Assembly (NCBI GenBank): GCA_030141605.1
Contig: JAQGDQ010000609.1
Coordinates: 65,123 to 129,122 of the forward strand
DNA length: 64,000 bases
Reading direction: 5' to 3'
Source: Tubiluchus corallicola
Lineage: Eukaryota > Animalia > Priapulida
Both the position numbers and the translations under genes were made by a program. Shown here piece after piece: positions 26,161 to 40,810 of the stretch. Under the pieces are notes generated by a model. That model did no database searches and was not told the DNA's origin. It saw nothing but the letters and a program-made list of their open reading frames with translations. How positions within the stretch are numbered: position 1 is the stretch's first letter; every line of letters starts with the position of its first letter.

Positions 26161-27654
26161 ATTTAAAAATATGTTTCTTTTAAATTTGTTGACCCCTTGA
26201 CATAAAAAGCTCCTGACATTTATGTAGAGAATTTGCCAAAAGACCAGAGACATTTCGTATCTGTATGCCGTTAATCATCGTCATCATCATCATCGTCGTC
26301 GCCAATGTCGTCAGCATTCCATGCTCATTACGCTTATTACAGATATTAGGCAGGCAGAACTCTAAAGTAAAAGAAATGCGAACTCAAAACAGATAAACAC
26401 AGCAGTAATCGAGCAAAAAACTAGACAATGCCATGCCAATGGCTTGTCAGCACCACTTCCATACCACAGTACTTGAATTCTGAGAGCACAGTTAACAAAT
26501 ACAAACAAAAGGAATAAACCAAAGCGGTTAAATAATCACTTTTTTGTAAATAATCACTCAGTTGACATAATAACACAAAACAATTGAACACGCACATGAC
26601 AGGTGCATTGTAAATAATGTTAATTATTACGTAATTAATTGCTAAAATTTCACGTCACTTCTGCAAAATTACACCGCGCAATTAATTATATAGGCCAACA
26701 GTTTCACATACAATTTACTAATATTAATTTTTTGTACAAGAGTGAAAAGGGATTTTTCACCAGCTTCTAAACGATTAGATTGATCACGTGATAATTACCT
26801 GTAGAATTACGTCCTTTCTCTGAAATGCTGACAAATTAATGACAACATAATCATTTATACCTTTAATCGTTTAATTAAATAATTTGATTAGACCACACCG
26901 CTTTTACATTCATTTAAATCATTTTGAGAATTTCAGTGGCAATAAATAAGCGTATAATGTGAAAACTTAACTTTAACAATCCGTCAGTAACACAGTAGTT
27001 AGTTTGTATGAAATGAATCAGAATAACCAGATAGACCCAGTAACTATAGTAACCGACGCTTATATTGACCATGAATTGACGTTGTTGCCGCAATGCAATC
27101 ACATAGATAACGTGATTTCCTCAAAAACCTGAATTAAGAATTGCTAGCAGTCAGAACGTTGCAGGAACGTCCAATGGAATGTTTCAACGTGACTTCACTA
27201 AGTACAAATATTACATTGTTTTTGGAGAGTATTCGTTTCCACAGAAAACTAACCATAAGCACCGTTTGAACTTATTAAAATGGGGATGTTTGCAATTGAT
27301 TAGCATGTATAACATGTCAGTATGCATAAATTATTACCGTATTGTGTATGGCTGCGTGAAATACTTAAAAGCGACAGCAAAAATACTTACAAATACAGTA
27401 AATTACCCAGGGGAGAATTACCCTTTCGTACCACTTAAGGATAAATGCCACTGTATCCACGACTGTTAGAAATGTGATGAGATGTGATCTCCACAGGTAG
27501 ATACATAGTACACGGCTATATCTACGTTCACACTCAGCCACTAGTGGGTACACCCAAAATGCTCCTCACCAGAGCCCCTGAAATTTTTCACTCAAAGGGT
27601 ACGATTCACAGAACCAGGTCTGTGATTCGTACCATCATGTTGCTATTATAGTGC

Positions 27655-28325
27655 TCCTGGTAACGATTAACAATGCCTGGGACGATTAATAATACCTGGT
27701 ACGATTAACAATACCTGGTACGATTAGCAATACCTGGTAACGATTAACAATACTACCTGGCACGATTAACAATACCTGGTACGATTAACAATACCTGGTA
27801 ACGATTAACAATACCTGGTATGATTAGCAATACCTGGTAGCGATTAACAATACCTGGTACGATTAACAATACCTTGGTACGATTAACAATACCTGGTACG
27901 ATTAACAATACCTGGTACGATTAGCAATACCTGGGAATGATTAACAATACTACCTGGTACGATTAACAATACCTTGGTACGATTAACAATACCTGGTACG
28001 ATTAACAATACCTGGTACGATTAGCAATACCTGTGAATGATTAACAATACTACCTGGTACGATTAAGAATACCTGGTACGATTAACAATACCTGGTAACG
28101 ATTAACAATACCTGGTACGATTAACAATACCTGGTAACGATTAACAATACCTGGCACGATTAACAATACCTGGTAACGATTAACAATACCCGGTACGATT
28201 AACAATACCTGGTAACGATTAACAATACCTGGTACCATTAGCAATACCTGGTAACGATTAACAATACCTGGTACGATTAACAATACCTGGTACGATTAAC
28301 AATACCTGGTAACGATTAACAATAC
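27655..28325. repeat. 19/20-bp minisatellite (acgattaacaatacctggt[a])n
   Basis: More than 30 head-to-tail copies, with alternating 19+20 dimers in part of the array. Confidence 0.96.
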
Positions 28326-30390
28326 AAGTAAAACCGATTTCACAAGTAAAACCGACATTTAATGCGAACAAAAACATTTGAATGTGTTATTCGTTTGGAA
28401 AACATAGGAACATACAGATCACAGTCACTCGTTACTCCATTGGAGTAGAAAAATGCACACTCGGATCCCAAATAAAGTGAAATTAGTCAGTAATACGAGT
28501 GAAAATTTACTCGTTGATAAACTATATTACTGTAAGATACTGTATCTTTTACTCAGAAAATGACTGAATGATATAATACAGTAAATCAAGTACATAGAAT
28601 TATGTTTTAAACCTATGAATCCCATTTCAATATTTAGAATTGATGTTTGCAATAAATTTAGCACGTATAATAACATGTTATATGCATAAATTATTACCTT
28701 ATTCTATAAAGCTGCGTGAAATACTTAAAAATGACAGCAAATACAGTTACAAATACAGTAAATTACCTATGAATCCCATTTCAATTTTTTATTGTTAGCA
28801 TGTTAGTATGCATAAATTATTACCGCATTGTGTATGGCTGTATAAAATAACCTAAAACAACGCCGTACACTGGCAGCTATTTCCTCTCCTTTATTTATAA
28901 AGAAGAGAAAAACAGTACATGTACTGCATTTTTATTTTTTGTAAAGCTTGAAACTCACTGCCCGACATTAGCCAGTGTACCTCTATAAATAATTATAATC
29001 ATATGACCGGCTGATTAGATATCTTGGATTAATGCGCCTTAAGAAATTACTTTATGACGTTGTTCAAAATGAAAGGTATTTTTACGGTTCTTTAGAAATG
29101 TACTTCATTGTTTTCTGAGGTGCTATTACAGTTCGATGAATTTCTGTGAATTTTTGTACTGAGTGACTCATAGTGCGTTGTTATTATATGCAGTTGTGTC
29201 TCTAACCTACATACCTATAAGACCATTGGTACTCCTGACCATGGTCAAATGATTCATAGTGTGAAACTTTACAGTGTAAGTTAGCCTAGAAAACTCTCTT
29301 GCATAACTCATACCATAAGCGTTAAACTAAGTACGCTGCACACTTTCGAGGCTGCAAACGAAAGGGGGTCAAAAGTAGTGGGTTCGGAGGTACTTGTAGA
29401 AGAGCTAAAAACACTATTTTGGAAGTTTCTTTAGCAAGTCACAACCTATGGTTTACAAAAAGATGAAAACGTTAACTAACTTTCTTAATATTTTTAAGAA
29501 AAATGAAACAGAGAAAGTTTTGGGAGTACATGAAAAGATGAAGTGAGAAGACAGGTTGTCAAACTGAGAAAGTTTTACAAATTCACATCAGGAAATATAG
29601 AAACGAAAGTCTTGACGTGTTACAATGAGGGCTTAAAGTAAGTGTCCTTTAGGAGCATTTTAAGAACCACTTTTAGAAGTGAGAATCCTCAAAAGAATTA
29701 TTTTAGAGATAGCCAATGAGAATATCTTACCTATGTGCTAAGAAGAAGCTTTAACAAGGAGTCTGGGTGTGATAAGAGAATAGTCTATAAAAGAGATTTA
29801 AATATCGTTTGAGGTTAATTGATGAGTACCTTAGAGAAAAACCAGGATGTCTCGTCTGGAGAAAATGTCTAAATAATATAATTGGCCTGCATGGGGGGTT
29901 GATACTTACATGAAGATCGGTTAGAAAAGTCCAGTTAGGTGTGTTCTAGACATAATGCGGAGAAAAACAAACCACGTGTTTTCTAGGAGTATCTGCCTAG
30001 AGGATCACACAAATACCAGCAATATTGCGTTTGCCCTCCGCACGCATGCGCAGCTAGTTTGATTCTTCTGGTGGTATTCTGCATATTATATTCAATTTGA
30101 CTTTTGTTATAAGTGTTTTCAATTAGATACAATGAGACGTTTGGTTTGCTCCTCTTTCGGCTTGATCCTCCTTTACGAGTTCCCCTTAAATGATGGTCAG
30201 AATTTTCTTTACCAGTGTAGGAAACTTAGTGCAGGTGGTTTGTTGAAACACGGCTTGAAGTGACCCTAAAATGAGACTTAACTGATTACATCCGAAGGTT
30301 CGACATGCCAGCAAAATGTAGATTGATCCTTCTTGCACACATTGCCTATCTGACATTCAAAGGACGTGATCCTTTTGAGTGGCCTTCAAA

Positions 30391-30860
30391 CAGTGCCGGA
30401 TTAAGGAATGGAATTTAAGGCCCGCTACCAGGGCCTCCAGAGATTAAGTGAAATTAATTTACTGTGAAAAGTTACGACAGAATGTGAGTAGAAGCATGAT
30501 GAATTTTTTCTTTAAAAGGGCACAGTTAATTAATGTACTGTATAATAATACGCTGGAGTTGTTTTTCTTGTCCATCATTCCAACTCATTGGTACTACCAC
30601 ACTGGCAGTCCTGATTACAATGACACAATCTCACAGGAATGGAGATCTCACTTCTCCTCTGACAGAGATAAGATGTCTCTGTCCTGAGAGAACTTAGTGG
30701 TAGTCTACCACTAATCTCAGTATACTCTGGCCTAGTGGACCTCTAGATTAGGTATTCTTAGTCCGGTTCTTGAAGTTGAAGGACCTGAGAGTAATTGTTA
30801 TTGGGGGCCGGGGCTTCAGTATCTGTAGCATAGGGGCCTACAAAATCAAATCCGCTCCTG
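30391..30860. mobile_element. Possible hAT-like MITE
   Basis: Ends cagtgccggatt / aatccgctcctg with ggggcc subterminal motifs; the TSD is unclear. Confidence 0.45.
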
Positions 30861-30876
30861 TCTTAAAGAGATCATA

Positions 30877-31393
30877 TCTGTACAAAGTATCAGTAAAAAG
30901 AACTAATGAATTCATGTCTGTACAAAGTATCAGTAAAAGGAACTAATGAATTCATGCTTGTAAAAAGTATCAGTAAAAGGAACTAATGAATTCATGTCTG
31001 TACAAAGTATCAGTAAAAGGAACTAATGAATTCATGCCTGTACAAAGTATCAGTAAAAGGAGCTAATGAATTCATGCCTGTACAAAGTATCAGTAAAAGA
31101 AACTAATGAATTCATGTCTGTACAAAGTATCAGTAAAAGAAACTAACGAATTCATGTCTGTATAAAGTATCAGTAAAAGGAACTAACGAATTCGTGCTTG
31201 TACAAAGTATCAGTAAAAGAAACTAATGAATTCATGTCTGTAAAAAGTATCAGTAAAAGGAACTAGTGAATTCATGTCTGTACAAAGTATCAGTAAAAGA
31301 AACTAACGAATTCATGTCTGTGCAAAATATCAGTAAAAGGAACTAATGAATTCATGTCTGTACAAAGCATCGGTAAAAGGAAATAATGAATTT
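30877..31393. repeat. 40-bp minisatellite, ~13 copies
   Basis: Unit tgtacaaagtatcagtaaaaggaactaatgaattcatgtc with exact 40-nt period. Confidence 0.97.
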
Positions 31394-32789
31394 TCTTCAG
31401 TCAATCAAACTGTCTTAGAAACACTATTAGAAACACGCTAGTTGCCTGCCCTAGAGCGTAGCGTCTGGCAAACTGGAAATCTAAGCAGCAGTTTTAATTG
31501 GTATTTTTATTACCTAAGAAGTTGTTCGAAATTTGAAATAAATTCGATTTTGATAGATCTCTCAAGCTTATGACCTTTACCACGCATTTTATTCGACAAG
31601 CAGTGGAAGAGAAAACACAGTTTGATCTATGACTGAAGGTTAAGAAGAATTGGAATGTTACAGAGCTGTAGTTACAGTAATTATTGCATCACGGATCTCC
31701 TTAAAACTGGTTGAGTGACATTGTAAATAATTATACTGTATATATGTCATTAAAACCGAATCACGCAAGTTCTCCATACGGTCTACGATAGCTGGGTCTA
31801 GTAACTGTCGTTATAGTAACACCGTTACAGGAAATGTGTTTAGTTATATTCAGCGTTATTATTCTGTATATTTTACTAATGGTTTATCGGTTTTTAATTT
31901 GTTAATAACTCGAGTTATTATTACGAACGTACAAGATGCGATGTCTACTTTAAATGGAAAAGACAAGTCACTTAGCATGATGGGTTGATTCTAATGTTAT
32001 CACTTAAACTTAGAAAAACGTCGCAAACAAATTTGCAAAAAAACTTTCTATAAAGCGTGGAGTTAATTTATACTTCCGCTGTATAGAAATTTTCAGGCGC
32101 GGTGGCGGCCGCCATTCACATGAAAACTGTGACATAACTGGTGGACTTCGTGACTTTTCGTAAACGCATCGTGGCTTGTCGTAAACGCTTGCTGCAGCTG
32201 CTGCTTAAACTAGTTCAAACTTCTGCAGCTTGCCTGATGCTCACGCTTTTTGTAAAAACTTTTTATACTTTTGACGGAAATTGACAGAGCGCTGCTTTTC
32301 TTTAGTCAATCAATGACGTCATTTGTGGAATATTAGCAATCAAAATGGAAGCGCCCAAGCGTGAAGTGATCGCGATTCTAAACTGATTTGACTAATTACA
32401 CGAGGCGCTTATCACACTTTTATTACTAAATTCTTCTAACATTTTTGCAAATATTGAAAATGTACCTTTCCTTTAAGAATATGAATTATTAGTCATTTTG
32501 TTATTCTTATTAGTTATATATTAGATATATAGATAATCTACTCGCTCAGTAATTACAATTTACAATTTGTAATGCTGAAATTAATATTTTTCAAACATTT
32601 TATCAGTTTTCTTTTAACCTTTTATCTGCAAAATTTTATTCTGTACCGTCTATATGTTGTATTATCTTCCGTATTTCATTCTTTCTTGTAAACATTTTTT
32701 AACGAAGATTACGTATAAAATAAAAAAATAAATGAAAATAAAATTGTTGTTGTTACCCAGATTACGAGATACTAGATTTCGAAGAGAAG

Positions 32790-32990
32790 TCCAGTGAGAA
32801 TCGCCTTAAAGGAAGCCCTAAAACCTTGCAAAAAACCATCTGGTAAACCCAAAACAACTTGGATAGCTAAGATAAATAAAGATGTTCAGCAACTTCAACC
32901 AAACGCTGGTAGTTGCAGATAGAAGTGGGTGGAATACTCTGATCAATGATGGTGTCTCAATGCCTAAAATAGGTGGACTGAGACTTTGAT
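32790..32990 (+). mobile_element. RTE/RTEX-like LINE extreme 3' fragment
   Basis: Translates to PVRIALKEALKPCKKPSGKPKTTWIAKINKDV and ADRSGWNTLI, similar to PVKIALQQ...KKPAGG in the 36.9-37.6 kb LINE. Confidence 0.65.
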
Positions 32991-33300
32991 GATGATGTTG
33001 ATGACGATAATGATGATGATGATGACGATGTTGATGACGACGACGATGACGATGAGAATGACAATGATGATGATGATAATGATGATGACGATGATGATGA
33101 CGATGACGATGAGAATGACAAGGATGATGATGATGATGATGATGATGGTGGTGATGATGATGACAATGATGATGATGATGATGATGATGATGGTGATGAC
33201 GATCATGATGATGCTGATGATGATGACGATGACGATGATAATGAAGAGGAGGAGGAGGAGAAGGAGGATGAGGACGATGACGATGATGATGATTGATGTT
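32987..33300. repeat. (GAT/GAC/GAG)n microsatellite
   Basis: Visible. Confidence 0.95.
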
Positions 33301-33894
33301 GTTGCTGGATGATATTGATGAAGTTTTTCTTTTAAATATTTAATAGGCAGTTGTAAATGTACGTATTTTTCTGAAACTAACGACTGGTCAAGTACATTTC
33401 ACGACACAAGTAATTTTTCTACACTTCAGTTTATAAGACGTTTTCTAAGATAAGACAGATACATAGGTAACCTGGCAGACTATCGTATTTTCTATTATAA
33501 ACAAAATAAACAAACTCCATGCAGAGAATGTTCCGTTCCGGGCTCGAACGTCTATTGTGTTGTGCTGCATGCATATGGGGAAATGAACTTGAGTTTTGCC
33601 AGTTCCTTAATTTTCAAAACAAACATCGTCAGAGACAGATACGTGAGCAAGACGGGTTATGTATCAGAACTTACACGTTCACGTGCGGGGCAATGCACTT
33701 CTGCTGCAACTAATGCTTGCATTCAATGGATTTGCTTATTTATTATTAATTAAAATAATATTGAATTTTGAATGCGTCTTCAGTTATGGTCTCTCCTGAA
33801 TGAACTGTAAACACAGTTTGTAAACAAGAAAATTTAGAATGAACCTGCAAGGCATTTCCTTTATATTCGTGTATCAATTTGAAAGTATTTTGCA

Positions 33895-34565
33895 GTTTAC
33901 TTCACTTATGTTAGCTCTACCTTACTTTACATCTTATATAACTTTACTTACCTTGACCTAAATTTACCTTACTTTATTTTTTGTTACCATTTCCTATAAT
34001 ATCTTACCTTGTTTTACTTTATTTTACCGACCTTATCTTTCATTACCTTAACTTGCCTTCCTTAGCTTGTCTTACCTTACCCTTACCCACCTTATTTTAT
34101 CTTACCTTACCTCACTTTACCTTAATTTACCTTACCTTATCTTACCTTTCCTTACCTTAACTTACCTTGCCTTACCTTATCTTACATTGCCTTACCTTAC
34201 CTTACCTTACCTTACCTTACCTTACCTTACCTTACCTTACCTTACCTTACCTTACCTTACCTTACCTTACCTTACCTTACCTTACCTTACCTTACCTTAC
34301 CTTACCTTGCCTTGCCTTGCCTTACCTTACCTTACCTTACCTTACCTTACCTTATGTAACCTTACTTTAACTTACTATACCTTACCTTACCTTACCTTAC
34401 CTTACCTTACCTTACCTTACCTTACCTTACCTTACCTTACCTTACCTTACCTTACCTTACCTTACCTTACCTTACCTTACCTTACCTTACCTTACCTTAC
34501 CTTACCTTTCCTTACCTTACCTTGCCTAACCTTATCTTACCTTACCTTACTATACCTTACTTTAC
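33895..34565. repeat. (CCTTA)n pentanucleotide satellite
   Basis: Pure core with degenerate edges. Confidence 0.97.
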
Positions 34566-35902
34566 AGTTAACCTTGCTTAATTCCTGAATGATATGTGTG
34601 CCTGAATGATGCCTTGTCCAGCCATCACGAGAATTTCCAAAACAATTTTTATATTATACAGCTCGTGTTAATTCACTGAGTTACTTCATGTGACTCGCCA
34701 TGAAGGATCTAATGAGTTAAACTCTGTCCTTAAATTCGGTTCCTTAATTAACTAGTTCGGCCTTACATTTGAGTGCCCGACTGCTTGCATGGAGCGAATA
34801 TCAGTAGTCTAGCAGTGAAAAGGCTAGATATACATTGCTATAGAATAGAATGTCCAGAAACTGGCCAACGCCTTGACTACATTTTATCAGTTTCATAAAC
34901 AATCCCTCAAGACTTAGCGTGCGTTATTTGATTAGTCTTGAAGGTCAGCAAGTTTTTTATCCCACGGAATGCTGAACAACGCTTGTGTTAACAGCTAAGA
35001 GGTACTCATGTAGCTAAGAGATAAATGCACAGGAGGTCGAAATTACTACACTGGTAATAGATTAGGCCAATCCATTTACAACAGAAAGTCACTCCCCTTT
35101 TCAAGGTGAAGGAATTATTTCTCACAAGATCCACGTTGTTTAGGACGCGAGAGATAAATACAATAACAACAAACAACAATATGCTTCATAAAAAATAAAC
35201 AATAATTATTAGTTCTAAGTCAATGGGTAAAAAGGAAAAAAATCACATTTTCTCACTTTCTTTTTTAATTAATTAATTTATTTATTTTATTTATTTATTT
35301 ATTTTTCTGTTTACTTTGTTTAGTACCCAATGTAGTCAGTCAACGCAGCTGTTTAAGCCTACTTTGGAAACTGATTAGGCCCATACTTGGAAACAAACTA
35401 AAATCTTTTCATTTTATTCTGAAATTTAAAGCTTGGTGCATAAGATGTGACTCAGATGACATGTCTCGTAAGAAAACCCTGCCCGAAATACTGAAGTAAC
35501 ATGGTGGCGCCATCTTGTACTCGCAAACGTAAACACTTTAACGTAGCATATTACAAAGAATTAGCAGACAGTTTTCGCCAAAAGTGACACTTTCATAGCA
35601 AATTTAACATTAAGAATTATGTTTTTAAAATTTTTATTTTTAATCTAACCATGTTGCTTTCGGCTAGTTTTCGGCTTGTATTAACGTTAAATGACTTTCA
35701 TCATGATCATCATCAACGTCATCATCGTAACTGTGGTCATCATCATCATCATCATCATCGTCACTATCATCGCCATCATCGTCCTCAACTTTCTAAGTTT
35801 GCAGTTTGGTCATTTCGTTGGTTGGTTCATAGTGGTTTTTGATCGGGCAGTTAATTTTAAGCTGGTCAGCGGAGGATCCCTTGGAGTGGATTAGTTTTAG
35901 CC

Positions 35903-36335
<433 letters not shown>

Positions 36336-36451
36336 GTGAACGTGAAGGCAACAGGAACGTACAGCAAACTACTAAGTAAGAATAGCTAACTAAGAATTCT
36401 GAACTATATCTACAAAAAATTAACAATTCTTGTCATTTTTACATATGTTGT

Positions 36452-36693
36452 TTACTGACGTTCATATTTTAGTAACTTTGGAAATGATTCATTTACAGTA
36501 AATATATCGGTGTTCTTGAAATCAGACGATAATTTTTGTTCTTTTTCTGGAGCATTCACGTCGATCTCTGGTCGCTTGACGTCATAATAAAACATCACAG
36601 GAACAGCAAACGTCAGAGCTGCTGATATGAACTCAGCTACAGCCATGGCGATGAACGTTCCTGTTGTTGATTGAGTTTTATCTAAAATCACAC
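36452..36693 (-). CDS. SLC16/MCT monocarboxylate transporter-like gene, last coding exon (4)
   Basis: Acceptor ttttcag, phase 1; encodes GVILDKTQSTTGTFIAMAVAEF (TM12) through to the stop at 36452. Confidence 0.88.
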
Positions 36694-36929
36694 CTGAAAA
36701 ATTCATTGCAGCTTTTAACTTTTATAGTCAGTCATCTACAAAGTAGGACCTTTCAGTAATAGGTTTAGTACTAAACTTTTAAATATCCCACCTGTAGATG
36801 GCGCCACACGCCTAGTCTTTAGTGCAGCAAATGCAAACAGCTGGGCTTTAGCTTTCACTAATTGAATCCATGAACTATAACTGTAACGTTTCATAATTTT
36901 TATGCAATAATGTACTGTGTTTGGTATTA

Positions 36930-37651
36930 TTAATAAAAACTATGAGTAATGCCCCAACTGCATTTATCTCTAAGGATCAGTGCTGAAGTGTTTAAATCTT
37001 TCTGTGCAAAATCTAAATATGTTAACATTTGTCCTCCTGCAGGTTTTTTAGCTCGTTCTATGACTTGTTGAAGAGCTATTTTCACTGGATTATCATCAGG
37101 TAGTCTAAGCATATGCCCAATCCATCTTAAACGGCATCTTTTCATTTTTCTTGTCCAAGGTTCTTCTTTTATTTTTTCATATAGATCTTTGTTTGAAATT
37201 TTCTTTGGCCATCTAATACCCAAAATGTTTCTGTAATTTCGCCTTTGAAACGCATCGATTTCAGCTTTATGATTTGCTTTTAATGTCCAAAACTCAGAGT
37301 TATACAGAAATACAGTTTCAACTAACGCTGAGAATATTCTAATTTTTGTTCCAATGAAGCCTTCCTATTCTCGAAAACTTTCGTGAGTTTTGAGTAAGCT
37401 GATAATGCCATTATCTTCCGTCTTGATATGTCGTCTTCTGATGCTAGCAGACTACCGAGATACTTGCATCTTTGCCATGATTCATCACCATGGCGTGTTA
37501 TGTGAAACTCTACAGTTTTAGTTTTTTTTACTACGAGATCCATTCTGTTCAGTTTCTCTTCTACTGAGTTATTTATTTCATTTATTTCTTCTTTGTTTAT
37601 TGTAATCCATGCTATATCATCAGCATACTGCATAGGTATAACAGTTGACAT
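36930..37651 (-). mobile_element. RTE/RTEX-clade LINE RT fragment (frameshifted) in MCT intron 3
   Basis: YADD, CKYLGSLL, FLYNSEFWTL, GIRWPKKISN and LRWIGHMLRL motifs. Confidence 0.9.
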
Positions 37652-37761
37652 ATTTTATCGACAACACGCTCAACTAAATATTATACATATTTTTTAAATT
37701 TAAGGAGCTTAATTAACATCTTAATTAATTAATCAATCAATTAATTAATTAATTAGCTCAC

Positions 37762-38730
37762 CTGTTATCAAAGGTGCACAGACGAGTACTATTGCCTGCC
37801 CTAGCATATTAATTCCGATACCATCTCCAACACGAGACCGACCCAAAATGTCCGCCATGATTGGCAACATGGATACCATCATTGCAGACAACAGCACTCC
37901 CATAAAAATCACAAGTATAGTCAAAAATATCACAGTCCTAGCCACGCCCATGAGAAGCAGATTAACTCCTGCTAGGACTAAGAGGAGAGATAACCCACAC
38001 TGACGTACTGCAGGCCTGCGGAATGGTCCAAGGTCCCAGAAGACCCCCCAGAAGAACTTGGTAGCCAGTTCACTCAAACTCAGTAACGATAATAAAGCAG
38101 CCTCACTAACCACGTCTTCCCCCAGTTCTTTTACCTTTAATGGTAGAAGAATGAAGACATTTATGTTGGCCAGAACATCAGCAATTCTACCAAGTGAAAA
38201 CATGACATAGTAGGGATCCCGCAATAAATACCAATGATGCAGTCTGCGAGCTGGTTTAACCTGGTTGCCTTTGGCTCTGTTGGCGTTATCATTTGCAGCC
38301 ATTTTATTCAGGTAGTCTTTGTTCACGTTGGCCTCGTGATCCTGGTGATTCACTTCAAAACTGGCGCTTTTACTGCCATCAGTTTTTGTGTGAACTCCAT
38401 CAGTTTTTGTGTGAACTCCATTAGTCTTTGAGTAAACCTCATCAGTTTTTGAGTCAACTCTATTAGTTTTTGAGTCACCTTCACATTTTCTTTGACTAGG
38501 AGGCCGCATCAAGCAACCAGCTACCACAACATTGAATGTTATACCACCGCACACGAGGAAGACGGATTGGAGATTGAATTCTAGAAGCAGGAATTGGAGG
38601 ATCCAGGGGAAACAGAAACTGCCGAAGCCATTTCCGAAAGTTACGAGTGATCCGACGAGCGCCAGTCGAGTTTTAAAAAACAAAGCGTACATCGTCATGG
38701 CGGGGTTCATCACTAGTCCTACCCCAATTC
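37762..38730 (-). CDS. SLC16/MCT-like gene, coding exon 3
   Basis: Acceptor tcttccag, donor G/gtgagc, 969 nt, phase 1/1; MFS helices and the large central loop. Confidence 0.92.
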
Positions 38731-38833
38731 CTGGAAGAGTGAAAATTGAGGTAACTGGCAAACGATAATTGGTGAGTTAGTTGATAATGTTTTTCACGAC
38801 AGTTTGTTTAATTATTTCATTGCACTCATGCAG

Positions 38834-39005
<172 letters not shown>

Positions 39006-39827
39006 TATAACTCTTTTATTAAACTCTTTTTGCAGGTATACAAGGAATCGTTTCGATGTAACACATCCAAAGGAATACAATTATACATTGTGACTCAGGT
39101 AACAAAAGTACAACTAGATCCAAAAACAAGTCACACAAAAAGACATTATGAATAATTGTAGACAATAGTAAGAACAAGTTGACACACAATACTCAGATGT
39201 TGTTTGTACATATAATACAAGAAAAATAATTACACAAAATACAACATTCACGTACAAACTATATAAATAATCACAACTAGAACTAGTAGCAACTATGGTT
39301 CAGAAAGTTTGCCCATACTTATGTTAAGCTTACTCTGCATCTTTATAATTATAACAAAATATATAAACTTATTTATCTTACTGTTTTTACACAGTGTATA
39401 TGCTCAGCTAACCCGAAGTAATAAAAACTACATCAGATTTTTGTAAATAATATCTTTCACCACTTGTATAAGTTTATCACAAACTAATGCGTTTTTTAAA
39501 GTAAATCTCTTTTAATTCCAAGTTGGGCAGAACATCGATAAGATTTTTTTCTGGCTTCTTGGTCAACTAAACTACAATTAAAGAGTAGATGGTCAGAAGT
39601 TTGTGCTTCCCCACTATGACATGCGCATACAGAGTAGAGTATGAAAGTAAAGTATGAATTCTATACTAAATGTAACTTTGAGTTTCAATTGTAAATTAAT
39701 TGTGCAGCCAGGGTTTATCAGTTGATCGATATTTAGTTGGTCAGTCCATCAGTCGGTCAGTCCATTAGTCAGTTGGAAAACATACACATCAACAAACTAT
39801 GCCAAATATAAGAAACCACATTCTTAC

Positions 39828-39989
39828 CAAATATAAGTCCATAGGTAAGAAACAGAATACCAACCGAGGAAGCAAAATAGCAAAGTGTCATTCCGATTCC
39901 AGCCGCCAGGCCACCAGCAATGACCACGCCTCTGTGTCCATATTTGTTCACTAAGATACATGTGATAGGTGCTGCAAAGTGCAATATAC
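39828..39989 (-). CDS. SLC16/MCT-like gene, coding exon 2
   Basis: Acceptor tgttcag, donor G/gtaaga, 162 nt; contains LVNKYGHRGVVIAGG (MFS motif A region). Confidence 0.92.
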
Positions 39990-40078
39990 CTGAACAAATC
40001 ACTGGAGTACAACATTTGCAGATTTTACAGTGGATTTTCAACAATCAACGAACAGCGGCAACAAACATTCTCCCTTAA

Positions 40079-40310
40079 AGTGGCGTCTACCTAGGATGCG
40101 CACGCGGATGCAGAAGCGTAATGCGGATGCGTACGCGTTATGCGGATGCGGAATAGAAAAAAATCGGTTTATACTGCTTTCAATGAGCCAGTTTATCAGA
40201 CATGCGATATGCGTTATTTTTTTCTCCAGCTATTTTCTGTTGTTTTTTATACGCAGCTATTCCGCATGTGGATAACGCATACACATGCCGGATGCCAGGT
40301 AAACGCCACA
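40079..40310. mobile_element. PIF/Harbinger-like MITE in MCT intron 1
   Basis: Imperfect TIRs gtggcgtctaccta / caggtaaacgccac, flanked by taa and tta; internal tgcgga repeats. Confidence 0.65.
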
Positions 40311-40387
40311 TTACTCGTATTTATAGCAAATTAAAGGAAATAAAGTTGATGTGCTGATGTTATTGCTATCTTATGACACTCGCTAAT

Positions 40388-40730
40388 ATTGTTGCTCTTG
40401 TGTTGTTGTTGTTGTTGTTGTTATTGTTGCTGTTGCTGTTGCAGTTGCTGTCGCTGTCGCTGTCGCTGTCGTTGTCATTGTTGTCGTTGTTGTTGTTGTT
40501 GCTGTTGTTGTTGTCGTTGCTGTTGCTGTTACTATTGATATTGCTCCTGTTGTTGTTGCAGTCGTTGTTGTTGTTGTCATTGTTGTTGCTGTTGTTACTG
40601 CTGCTGCTGCTGTTGTTTTTGATGTTTCTTTTACTCTTGCTTTTACTGTTGTTGTTGCAGCTGTTGGTGTTGCTCTTGATGTTGCTCTTGGTGGTGATTC
40701 TGATGGTGGTGATGCTGATGGTGGTGTAGG
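40388..40730. repeat. (GTT/GCT)n degenerate microsatellite
   Basis: Visible. Confidence 0.93.
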
Positions 40731-40810
40731 TGTAAGTGTCAGTGACTCTTACAGTTGCCCTTCTTGTCCTTGCTGTTCATAACAACACGTGTTTACAGTT
40801 TTAAACTTAC

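Noticed and set aside
27655-28325. CRISPR-like regular repeats (also the 31-, 40- and 45-bp arrays)
   Set aside because: The units are head-to-tail with no unique spacers, there are no cas genes, and the context is eukaryotic.
29330-29890. Possible decayed L1/Tx1-like ORF2 fragment (also ~39300-39560 on the minus strand)
   Set aside because: Purine-rich and coding-like, but I could not recover diagnostic motifs with confidence.
33895-34565. Interstitial telomeric repeat
   Set aside because: The unit is CCTTA/TAAGG, neither TTAGG nor TTAGGG.
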